Assembly (NCBI GenBank): GCA_035193785.1
Contig: CP136572.1
Span: 4,052,578-4,116,577, forward strand
Reading direction: 5' to 3'
From: Planktothrix sp. GU0601_MAG3
Lineage (GTDB): Bacteria > Cyanobacteriota > Cyanobacteriia > Cyanobacteriales > Microcoleaceae
DNA: 64,000 bases
Below, piece by piece: positions 46,014 through 57,013 of the stretch. The notes under the pieces are model-generated. The model did not search any database. It had not been told where the DNA came from and saw only the letters and a list, made by a program, of their open reading frames with translations. The first letter of the stretch is position 1. The number at the start of each line of letters is the position of its first letter. The position numbers were made by a program, and so were the translations under genes.

Positions 46014-48165
46014 TTACAATTTCATCGTTAAACTAATCCGTTTTAACTTTTCATTGATTTCCATTACCCGCACCTTAACCACCTGTCCAACCTTAACAAA
46101 TTTATTCGGATCATCAACAAATTGATCGGCGAGTTGGGAAATATGGACTAACCCATCTTGATGTACACCAATATCAACAAATGCGCCAAAAGCTACCACA
46201 TTTGTTACACTTCCTTCTAATTCCATTCCTATTTTTAAATCGGATATTTCCTTAATTCCTTCTTTGAAGGTGGCATATTTAAACTCAGCCCGGGGATCTC
46301 GTCCAGGTTTTTCTAATTCGCTAATAATGTCTTTTAGGGTAGGAATTCCGATGGTATCAGTAACATATTTATCCAGTTTAACGGATTTAATTTTATCCTT
46401 AAATTGACTAATATTATTTAAGGTAACTCCTACATCCTTCGCCATAATTTCCACAACGGCATAACTTTCGGGGTGAACTGCGGTATTATCTAAAGGATTA
46501 ACACCCCCCCGAATTCTTAAAAATCCCGCCGCCTGTTGAAAGGCTTTCGGGCCTAATTTAGCAACTTTTAACAGTTCTTTTCGAGTTTTAAAGGCTCCAT
46601 TTTCATTGCGATAATTAACGATATTTTGAGCCACCGTTGGGGTAATTCCTGATACAAAAGTTAATAATTCCTTGGAGGCGGTGTTTAATTCCACTCCCAC
46701 ATAATTAACACAACTTTCAACAGTATCATCGAGTTTTTTCTTTAATAATTTCTGATCTACATCATGTTGATATTGTCCGACACCAATGGACTTGGGATCA
46801 ATTTTAACTAATTCTGCTAGGGGATCTTGTAACCGTCTTCCGATGCTAATAGCACCCCGCACCGTTAAGTCTAAATCGGGAAATTCCTGTCGGGCTACAT
46901 CACTAGCAGAATAAATTGATGCACCGGATTCATTCACCATAACTTTTATCGGTTTTCGGTCTAATTTAGCAATAATTTCCGTTACAAATTCGTCGGTTTC
47001 TCGTCCGGCGGTGCCATTTCCGATGGCGATTAATTCGATTTTATATTTATCAATTAATTGTTTAACTTTTTTCGCAGATTCTTGACGTTGACCTTCCGCT
47101 TGATGGGGGAAAATCGTATGATATTCACAGAATTTTCCGGTTTCTGATAAAACGGAAACTTTGCACCCAGTCCTAAACCCGGGGTCAATGGCTAAGGTGG
47201 GTTTCATTCCCGCCGGGGAAGCAAGTAATAATTCTCTTAAATTCGATTCAAAGGTTTTAATTGATTCTAAATCAGCGTAGGTTTTGCGATCGCCTCTAAC
47301 CTCACTGATTAAGGAGGTTTTCATTAACCGATTAAAGGCATCTTTTAACATCGGTTGATAGAATTTTCTAATAATAGGATTTTTAGTTTTAATTTCCTGA
47401 GATTCTAAATAGGACTGAATAAAATCTTGATCAAACTCAATCTCAACTTTTAAGATTCCATCCGTTTCTCCCCGCAATAATGCTAACAAATTATGGGGTT
47501 TAATATCCTGTACATTTTCTCGATATTTGCGGTACATTTCAAATTTAGTTGATCCTTCGGGATAGTCCTCTTTTACTAGGGAAACAAATACCCCTCGATT
47601 CATTAAATATTCTCTTAAATAGGCTCGTAAATTAGCTTTTTCGGATACAATTTCTGCTAAAATATCAGAAGCTCCATTTAAGGCTTCTTCAATAGTTTTA
47701 ACGCCTTTTTCTTCGGAAATATATTTTTCCGCTTCTGATTCTAAAGCAAGGGTTGGGGAATTAGGTTGATTAAAATTAGCAATAAATTGGGCTAGGGGTT
47801 TCTAATCCTTTTTCTTTAGCAATGGTGGCGCGGGTTCGGCGTTTGGGTTTGAAGGGTAAATATAAATCTTCTAATTCGGTTTTTTGTAAACAGGTTTCAA
47901 TTTTTTCTCGAAGTTCATCGGTGAGTTTTTCTTGGGATGCGATCGCTTCTAAAATACTCTTTTTTCGGTCTTCCAATTCCGTTAAATAGGCATAACGTTC
48001 CGAAAGATCCCGCAGTTGAACTTCATCTAAGGAACCCGTTATTTCTTTGCGATATCGCGCTACAAAAGGAATGGTTGCACCCTCGGAAAACAGTTGTAGT
48101 GCGTTTTCTACCTGAAAGGGTTTAAGGGACAGTTCTTGAGCGAGAATTTGGGAAATATTGAGCAT
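46014..48165 (-). CDS. tex: Tex (YhgF) transcription accessory protein; +1 insertion at ~47798
   Basis: [44 protein letters not shown]-terminal S1 domain. Confidence 0.95.
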
Positions 48166-48242
48166 GGGATTCAGAATCAACGGTGGTTTTACCTAATCTT
48201 AATTATATCATATTTAATTCAATGTCAGAAATCCGAATAATC

Positions 48243-48270
48243 GTAGGGGCGAGGCACGCCTCGCCCCTAC
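48243..48270. repeat. GTAG REP-like palindrome
   Basis: GTAGGGGCGAGGC-AC-GCCTCGCCCCTAC, perfect 13-bp stem. Confidence 0.85.
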
Positions 48271-48287
48271 ACAGCCAACAACTTTAA

Positions 48288-50358
48288 TTAAGAACGAGTT
48301 TGACTGGCTTGCAACTGTTGTAACAGTTCTTCATGGTTTTTGGCAGGTTTATTACATTTTAATCCCTGACAAACTAAGCCGATAATATCATCAGAAAGCG
48401 TGTTATCAACCTTAAAAATAGTCGCGGGAAAATACTGCACACCTAACCCAGAAATTTGTTCGGGAGAAGTCCGAACTAGGGTATTATTTCGATACCAGTC
48501 TAACGCCGTAAATAAACTAGGACAGGCTTGGGGGGATTTTTGCATCACGGAACTAAAGGCGGTTAACCCCTGTTCCGCTTGGTCTAAAAATTCCAGATTT
48601 TCTGTTAACAAAAACAGCCGCACCAAATTAGCAATAGCTATCCCATTCGCCGATGGAGTGGCATTATCAATATAACTGCGTTCTCGAACTAATAAATCCT
48701 TTCCGGTGTCCTTGGCGGTATTAAAATAGCCTCCTAATTCCACACTCCAGAGTAAATTATTAAATTCTTCTTGAACTTTTTTCGCCTGTTCTAACCAATA
48801 ATCGGGTGATACCAAACTGGGGGTTAATATTAAACTAGCTTGGTGTAAATCAATCAAGGCTTTAACGAATAACCCATAATCTTCAGATTGAGCTACAACA
48901 TCCGGTTCTCCTTCATAATTGACTCGATGTAAACGTCCCTCCACCCATTGATGATTCAGAATAAATTGAGCCGCTTTTGTGGCTAATTCTAAATATTCAA
49001 CTTCCCGAAAAACCTTCGCAGCTTTGGCTAAACCGGAAATCATTAAACTATTCCAAGCCACAATCATTTTAGTATCCGTGACCGGAGGAATTCTACCTAA
49101 CCAATGATGGGTTTTTGCCTCCTGATTATTGCGGGCGGGGGGAAAGAGTTTTAAGGTTTCTGGCATTTCCCCATACCGCACTTGAAACAGTTTTTCCAAA
49201 CCAGATTCGATGGTATTACTTAACTCATCTGCATTGCACCGTTGCAAAACATTCTTACCTTCAAAGTTACCGGATTTTGTAATAGTAAATTGTTCTTGCA
49301 GGGCGGCATATTCTTCAGGAGTTAGGATTTTTTCTAGTTCACTATTATTCCAGACATAAAAAGCTCCTTCTTCCGGTTCTAACTCCTCGGGAGTAGTAAA
49401 ATTATCGGCATCTTGGGAAGCATAAAAATAACCTTCGGGAGCGGTCATTTCCCGTTTCAACCATTCAACTGTTCCCTGAATTGAACGTTTAAAGGCAGGT
49501 TTTTGCATCCCCGCACTCCATAAATCCGCTAAATATTCAACAATTTGCCCGTTATCATAGAGCATTTTTTCAAAGTGGGGAACTGTCCAGGTAGGGTCAA
49601 CTGTATACCGATGAAATCCCCCAGCAACGTGATCATAAATTCCCCCCAAAGCTAAGTCTAAACCCCGTTGGGTGCAGGCTTCCTTTCCATCATATTTTGA
49701 CTCAAAATTAAACCGAATTCTTCGTAATGCCATCTCGGAATAGGGAATCATGGGAAACCTTGGCCCCCCATATTCATTACGACTAATCACCCCGGTATTG
49801 GCTTCTAATCCTATTTGTAATAAATCTTCGGTTAATGTAGAAACGGGTAAAATTGTAGACTGCTGCAAATGCGTCATAATTTCATCTTTAAACGCTTGCA
49901 ATTTGGTTTTTTCTAAGTCATAAAATCGACGAATAGCTTGTAAAACTTCTAAAAATCCAGGTTTACCATAACGGGGTTTCTAAGGGAAAATAAGTCCCGC
50001 CATAAAAGGGGATTCTTTCATCGGGAGTTAGGAATATATTTAACGGCCATCCCCCCTGACCAGTCATCATTTGTAAAGCCTGCATATAAATACTATCAAT
50101 TTCTGGCCGTTCTTCTCGATCAACTTTAATTGGAAGGAAATGTTGATTCATATATTGAGCAATTCCAGGGTCGGAAAATGCCTCTCCTTCCATGACAGTA
50201 CACCAATGACAACTGGAATAACCAATCGAAAGAAATATGGGTTTATTTTGCTGATTTGCTGTTTCTAAAGCCTCGTCACACCAGGGCCACCAATCAATGG
50301 GATTTTCTGCGTGTTTACGAAGATAGAGACTTTTGGATTCAGAAAGACGATTAACCAT
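48288..50358 (-). CDS. YyaL/SPATA20-like thioredoxin-domain protein (DUF255); +1 insertion at ~49976
   Basis: NRL...[46 protein letters not shown]. Confidence 0.92.
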
Positions 50359-50382
50359 TAGAAATACCTAAAGATGTTTTAA

Positions 50383-50513
50383 GTAGAGACGTGCCATGGC
50401 GCGTCTTTACGGGGACTATTAATTATATCAAATCTGGGTAGAGATTTTTGATTAGCAATTCATGGTTTAATATTAATATCGAAATAGAGAGACGCGCCGT
50501 GGCACGTCTCTAC
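50383..50513. repeat. Pair of GTAG REP-like palindromes in a divergent intergenic region
   Basis: Copies at 50383-50410 and 50488-50513. Confidence 0.8.
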
Positions 50514-50536
50514 GGGTATATCAAAATTTTAAAATT

Positions 50537-52103
50537 ATGGTTTCTCGACGACGGTTTAATCAACTTGCGGCTTATTTTTCCCTGGGTTCCCTTGTTCCTT
50601 CTGGTGTTTCTCAACTGTTTAATTTTAACATAAATGAAGCAGAAATTCAAGAGAAATTTAAAACTTTATTATCAATTTTAGATCCAGAAACTGAGTTATT
50701 AGTCCCGACTTATTTGGGTAATGATCAACGGCGTTTTTATGGGCGAGGAGTGCCGGAAAACCTGAAAGAAATTCATAAATTCCCATTAGGAACGGGGGTA
50801 ACTTATGTGGGACGCACCCGTAAAGTTTGGAGTGGGGCGGGATGGACAGGACAACCGACTATTACCCGCGATCGCGGTAAAACCTATTTAATTATAGGAG
50901 CTTTTGACCACTATTTAAGAAAAATAGAATTAGACACTCAAAAGGAAATTTGGAGATATAAATTTGATGATGTGGTTAAAGGAACCTCAAGTATTTATAT
51001 TGATGAAACAGCCACGGATGAGAACCAAATTGTCGTTTTACAAGGAAGTCGTAGCAGTCTGTCGAAAGGAGGATTAGCCACAAGTTTTCGAGCAATTTCC
51101 TTTAGGACGGGAAAAGAAATCTGGAAATTAGATTTACGTCCTACCCCAAGTTATAGTCGAGATAATGATAGTTCGCCCTTATATTTAGGGGATGGAGTTA
51201 TTTTTAATGCGGGGGAAAATGCGATCGGTTATTTTCTCAATAGTTCAGCTAAAACGGCTGAAAAAAAATCAGGATTTTTACAACCTCAAATTTTATCAGA
51301 AGTCAAACTTTATCAGGATGGAGATAGTAGCAGACATGGGGGAAATTTAGTTAGTGAATCCTCGCCTTCTCGGTTAGAAAATCGGATTTTTATGGCATCG
51401 GGTTCGGGACATATTTATGGAATTGATTTAAAAACTAGAAAAATTAATTGGGATTTTTATACCGGTTCCGATATTGATGGTTTCGGCGGTGATTTCTCAA
51501 GATGGTAAGTTATTTTGTGCGATTGAAAAACAATATATTCCGGGAAATGGCGGTGTACTTAAACTCAATCCTAACCGAGAACCTCAAGATAGTGTGGAAT
51601 GGTTTTTACCAACTAAAAATCAAAAATTTAATACCTGGGATGGCGGTATAATAGGTTCTGTAGCCTTAAATGATGAATATAACCCCGATGGATTTCCGGC
51701 TATTTTTGCCACCAATGCAATCGATGGTTATTTATATATTGGTTCTCAAATGATTACAACGGATAAAAAGGTTTCGGGGCCATTAGGAAAGGGAGAATAT
51801 AAAACCCCCTTAATATTAGTCCAGGAAAAAATCGGAGCCTCAATTTCAACTCCTATTTTTACCGATGGTTATAAATTAGTAACGGCTGGATATAATGGAG
51901 TTTATTTATTTAATTTATATTGGGAGGAAGCGAGAGCAAATCAAAGCAATGCTATTCCTAATCAACGGGGAGAATATTATCGGTTAAGAGTCGAACAAAC
52001 GGGACGATTTAAACCCGAAGTTTCTTTTGAGTCAACTCCCGTGGTTTGGAATAATCAGGTGATGATTTGTGGACGGGATGGGGGATTATATACGTTAGGT
52101 TGA
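50537..52103 (+). CDS. Exported PQQ-like beta-propeller protein with probable Tat signal; +1 insertion at ~51480
   Basis: SRRRF N-terminus, GWTGQP, repeated G..IW motifs, ESTP, DGGLYTLG end. Confidence 0.7.
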
Positions 52104-52347
52104 AGCTATCATAAACCCGGTTTCCGATTCTTATATACAGACCATTATTCTCAGTATTCCCCCGGGGAGCGTGGGCGCACCCAAGTATCATCCATACTTG
52201 ATTTTGATTCGTTTTTCTCAGAAAAGTCTGACAAAAATCCCTGACAAAAATCTTTGATATATCCTATAGACAAAACATTACTTTTAATATATTCTAGGGG
52301 CAGATGAGGAGACAGAAAGGAAACCCAGGCAATTCACCTTAATCACT

Positions 52348-52482
52348 ATGAATACTGATTGGATTATCGTTTTAGGGATATCCGGTTTAGGGAGAACCTC
52401 TTTTGTTTTTATCGTCGGTTTTTATAAAAATTTACAGACATATAAACCCCTAGTAAATTATAATTATGAACAACAATTTTAA
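52348..52482 (+). pseudogene. Degenerate 44-aa remnant paralogous to the N-terminus of the GTPase at 53805
   Basis: MNTDWIIVLGISGLGRTSFVFIVGFYKNLQT versus MNTYSVIMLGPRGSGKTVFLASLYKKLST. Confidence 0.6.
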
Positions 52483-53410
52483 TTGTACCAATTGGGAAAA
52501 TATATATACATATTCATACAATCAAGAAGTTACTTCCTTGGCTGTTTTCCCTGATCCAGATATTTTTGCTGCCCGCTATAATAATAATATTGTAGTGCAG
52601 AAAATTTCAGAAAAAGAACCTATTCAGACACTGACTGGCACAGTAAATTTTTTCGGGGGTTTTTCTACTCCCATTGTAGTTGATCCCACCGGGGAGTTCA
52701 TTGCTACTGGTATGATTGAGGGGTGGGATGAAAATGTGATCAAACTTTATAATTTAAAAACTAATACTTGTAAAACTTTAGGAATACATGGATACGGCAA
52801 CTTAACAAGAGTTACAGCCGTCGCATTTAGTCCCAATAGTAAAACAGTTATTAGTGCGGGTGGTAAAACAATTAAACTATGGGATACAGAATATGAAATA
52901 ATAGAGCGAGGTGAACTTTCTGGTCGTTTTAGTAATGTTAAATGTTTAGCCGTTGACCCCAATGATGGACTACTTGCTATTGCCAGTAATCAAGGTGCGA
53001 TTAATATTTATAAGATAGCAAGTAAAAAAGAAATTTTAATCAAACCACCTAGTCGATTTCCTATAAATTCCTTAGCTTTTAGTCCAGATGGGCAATTTTT
53101 AGTCAGTGGAAATAATCAGGGTAAAATTCTAATATGGAATCTAAGAACAGGAAGAGAATATCCTTTTAGTTGGAAGCAAAATCAATCGATTAACTCCGTG
53201 GCATTTAGTCCCAATGGTTACTTTCTTGCCACCGCCTATGATGACAAAACCATTAAAATTTGGAATTTAAAAAATCAAAACTATTCGGAACATTGCATAA
53301 TCATGGAAGAACATGACGAGGCTGTTACTGCTGTTGCATTTACTCCCGATGGTAAAAAACTAATTAGTGGCAGTAAAGATGGTACGGTTAGAGTGTGGCG
53401 ACCTGTTTAA
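52466..53410 (+). CDS. WD40 repeat protein (paralog of the WD40 part of 54971-56502)
   Basis: Repeated SVAFSPDG...IKIWN units; 3' end nearly identical to the downstream paralog. Confidence 0.9.
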   Translation: MNNNFNCTNWENIYTYSYNQEVTSLAVFPDPDIFAARYNNNIVVQKISEKEPIQTLTGTVNFFGGFSTPIVVDPTGEFIATGMIEGWDENVIKLYNLKTNTCKTLGIHGYGNLTRVTAVAFSPNSKTVISAGGKTIKLWDTEYEIIERGELSGRFSNVKCLAVDPNDGLLAIASNQGAINIYKIASKKEILIKPPSRFPINSLAFSPDGQFLVSGNNQGKILIWNLRTGREYPFSWKQNQSINSVAFSPNGYFLATAYDDKTIKIWNLKNQNYSEHCIIMEEHDEAVTAVAFTPDGKKLISGSKDGTVRVWRPV

Positions 53411-53804
53411 AAATAGTAATGATGTTTGTATCGAATAAGTATAAATAATTCATTTTTATAATTCGATATCATCTAAGGGTAATGGGGTTTGGAGGGTTTC
53501 GGGAAGTTTCAGCCAGGGTAATTGGTGTCATGGTGGTTTCTAGGGTTAGGGAAGATCAACTTGGCCTACATCTATTTTACCCGTGACGGCGGTACGATAT
53601 GCTTTTAATAGTATTACCCCAGCGAGCGAGGACGCTCGCACTTTATGTGCTTGCGACTTTTTATCCTATTCTTTCTATCCTATTCCCTATTCCCTGCGGT
53701 ATTTTTAAAAAATTTCTGAACATGGAATCAACACTAAACAATTTTATACTATACTGAATAAGGGGACGCAACAGCAACCTTGAGGATTTACTTCACGGAT
53801 TCGC

Positions 53805-54974
53805 ATGAATACTTATTCGGTCATTATGTTAGGCCCACGAGGGTCGGGGAAAACCGTTTTCCTCGCTAGTTTATATAAAAAGTTATCAACCCTGGGGGAT
53901 GCGGGATTTTTTCTGGAAGTTGATAGCCCAGATTTAGCCAATGATTTACACAACTACTATACTGAAATTGCTTATGATGAACAGTGGCCATCATCAACAC
54001 GAAAAGATAAAGAATGGATTTTCAATTGTCAAATACAAACAGATAATTTAAAAATTTACTCAGCCTGTAAGTTCACCTACTTAGATTATGGTGGCGGTAG
54101 ATTAACAGATTATGCAGAAAAAGAAAACCGTGAGTTTTCTAACAAAGTACAAAATGCAGATATTATGCTGGGATTGCTAGATGGTCAGAAAATTATAGCA
54201 TTGATGCAGCATGAAAAACAGGGTAGTATTTGGGCAATTAACGAACTGCCAAAGATGTTGAGTTTGATGCAACGTTTTGAAAAACCCATTCAGTTTGTAA
54301 TCAGTAAATGGGATATTGTTGAGGATAAATATTCACTTCAAGAAATTCTTGATCTTTTATTAGGAATTGAAGAATTTAAAAACCTAGTTAAAAAGCGCAA
54401 TAATGCAGGTATTCCGATTAGAATAATTCCTGTGAGTGCAGTGGGGAAAGAGTTTGTAACTTTGCAATCTGATGGAAGTATGGTAAAAAATTTAAACGTT
54501 TTACCTCGACCATTTCAAGTTGAAGTCCCTTTAGCTTGTGTTTTACCGGATTTGATTCAATCTGACTATCAAAAGATTCAAAAACAAAAACAAGACTTGG
54601 AAAATAGAAACGTAGAAGTTAAAGCGAATTTGAATTTTTTTGACCAAGTGGGTCAGTTTGTTGGTCAAGGATTGCAAGGAGCACAGAAAATTGTGCCTAC
54701 TATTATGGATTCATTCATTCCTAAAAAATTTGATTTTGCAACAGAAATTATTCAACAAATGATGATGTTTACTGGAGAAGTTGCCCTATATTCAGCTAAA
54801 AAAAAGAAAGAAACAGCAACTCGACGTTCTTTAGAATTACGTCTTGAACGTGAACAATCTCTTAAGAAAGTGACCGATGAAACAACAGCATTAGAATACT
54901 GTCTTCAGTGTTTTGACTTAGTTCAAACTGAACTTTATAATCAATTTCCCGAATCGGATATTAAATTACCATGA
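53805..54974 (+). CDS. TRAFAC-like P-loop GTPase with C-terminal coiled-coil/helical region
   Basis: G1 GPRGSGKT, G2-like ST, G3 DYGG, G4 SKWD, G5-like VSA. Confidence 0.75.
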   Translation: MNTYSVIMLGPRGSGKTVFLASLYKKLSTLGDAGFFLEVDSPDLANDLHNYYTEIAYDEQWPSSTRKDKEWIFNCQIQTDNLKIYSACKFTYLDYGGGRLTDYAEKENREFSNKVQNADIMLGLLDGQKIIALMQHEKQGSIWAINELPKMLSLMQRFEKPIQFVISKWDIVEDKYSLQEILDLLLGIEEFKNLVKKRNNAGIPIRIIPVSAVGKEFVTLQSDGSMVKNLNVLPRPFQVEVPLACVLPDLIQSDYQKIQKQKQDLENRNVEVKANLNFFDQVGQFVGQGLQGAQKIVPTIMDSFIPKKFDFATEIIQQMMMFTGEVALYSAKKKKETATRRSLELRLEREQSLKKVTDETTALEYCLQCFDLVQTELYNQFPESDIKLP

Positions 54975-56502
54975 AAAATATAGAAGCTTGGTCTTTTTTA
55001 GTGAGTTGTAATCTCTATATTGATTATAGAACGGTTATTGCACCTGATTTTATCTGTGATGCAGATGTTGCTTTCTTTTTGACTCAAGCAGCCGGAGAAA
55101 ATATTACTAAACCTGGAAACTGCATTGTATCGAGAAGTAGATCATTCTATCGCTGGACAATTAACTTTAATTTTTAGGGTAATTCCAGCAACCGCAGAAA
55201 ATACAGGTTTACCTGGAAATGGAGTGTTAAAAGATACATTTGGTCGAGGAATTGACTTAATTGAAGGAGTAGTTTTAAAAGGAATTAGACCTGATGTTTA
55301 TATCTCTGAAGCAACTTTAGATCAAGTTCATGAGCAAATTATTGAACGGTATCGCAAATTTTGGGATACAGATACTCCTGCTTCTGCGACCCCTTCAACA
55401 AGATTTAATTTGCTATTTGATACTCAAGCCACAGATTTAGAATATATTAAATTAGACCCTTATATTCATCAGGAATCGACCTCATTAAGTTACGGCAACA
55501 ATCAAACAAAACAATGGGAATGTTATAATCAATTTTCATTAAATAATTATGTTTTTTCTATTATTTCATTTTCTGATAGCAATAGAATTGTAATTGGTTC
55601 TGAACAAGAAATTACTTTAATTAGCTTATCTGAAGGTAAAATAATTGATCGTTTTTCTGGTTTTGCTGTTCCACCAGAGTGTGATTATTATACACCTATT
55701 GCTTTAGATACGACAGAACAACTGATTGCCAGTGCAATGCTAGGATTTTTAGAAAAAAACCTTATTCAAGTTTTGAATTTAAAATCTTATTTAGAAAAAC
55801 AAAATCCTCAAGTTATTGGAGAATATGAGGGATCAATTTTAAGTTTAGGAAGTTCTCTTTTTAAAAAAATGTCAGGCAAACTGAAAGGATTAATGATGGT
55901 GAAAGCAGTTGCTTTTAGCCCCAATAGTGAAATTGTAATCAGTGCTAGTGTTAATGGTAAAATAAAACTCTGGGATATTAAAGGCAAAGGACTACAACGG
56001 GGAGTATTTTATCATGATTCTGAGGTGCGGTGTTTAGCAGTTGATCCAAATAGTAACACTTTAGCGAGTGGTGATGTTGAGGGTTGTATTAAGTTGTGGA
56101 ATTTAGGATCTCTGAGTGATCAACCCATTAAAATTATTCGACAAGAGCAACAAACTATTAATTCCTTAGCGTTTAGCTCAGATGGAACAAGGTTAGTCAG
56201 TGGTGTAAATAACGGTAATATTAAAATTTGGGATACAAAAATATGGAAAAAATATTCCGTTAACGGGCAACATTTAGAACCCGTTAACTCAGTTGCATTT
56301 AGTCCTGATAATAATTTGATTGCGAGTGGTTTCTGATGACAAAACTATTAAAATTTGGAATTTACAAAATCAAGAATATTCTGAAAATTGCACACTAGAA
56401 GAACATGACAAAGCGGTTACTACTGTTGCATTTACTCCCGATGGTAAAAAACTAATTAGTGGCAGTAAAGATGGTACAGTTAGAGTGTGGCGACCTGTTT
56501 AA
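54971..56502 (+). CDS. Unknown N-terminal domain fused to a WD40 propeller (~509 aa corrected); +1 insertions at ~55116 and ~56329
   Basis: ATGA overlap with the GTPase stop. N-domain AWSFLVS.N...DYRTVIAPDF...KDTFGR.I.LIEG, followed by WD40 repeats. Confidence 0.8.
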
Positions 56503-56533
56503 AAATAGTAATGATGTTTGTATCGAATAAGTA

Positions 56534-56636
56534 TAGGACTTACGCAGAAACCGGGTTTCTGAACGAGAAATCACCGATTTCATCCGCAAAATCAGGGCCA
56601 TAAACCCGGTTTCTTTGGTCTTGTGCGTAAGTCCTG
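56534..56636. mobile_element. 103-bp MITE with 13-bp terminal inverted repeats and a 5-bp target-site duplication
   Basis: TAGGACTTACGCA...TGCGTAAGTCCTG flanked by AAGTA on both sides. The paralogous empty site near 53437 has a single AAGTA. Confidence 0.85.
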
Positions 56637-57013
56637 AAGTATAAATAATTCATTTCTATAATTCAATATCATCTAAGGGTCAGTACCTAATGTACCCGTG
56701 ACGGCGGTACGATATGCTTTAAAAACTGCGATCGCCCTTTTACCCACACCCAGAACCGTAACAGACATCACATCAATCTACTCCCCCAATATCAAGATTT
56801 CCCCAGGGGGATGATCGGGCCAGGACAAACAGGCTAAAATATTGTCCAATTTCAGCAACCCTAAGTTCTTATTAAGTTTTCCGCCATCGGAAACATCCAG
56901 AGGGAAAATATCAGCAAACCGTCATCAATACAACATCACGAACTCAGCACGATTCTGTATTCTATTACCTGGATGATCCTTTACCATTGATTGATGCCCA
57001 CCAAGGAGAATAA

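Noticed and set aside
53239..56502. Diversity-generating retroelement (TR/VR pair) in the WD40 3' ends
   Set aside because: Differences between the copies are not confined to adenines (e.g. ACC/ACT, TCG/TCT, GCT/GCG), both copies are coding, and there is no reverse transcriptase in the window.
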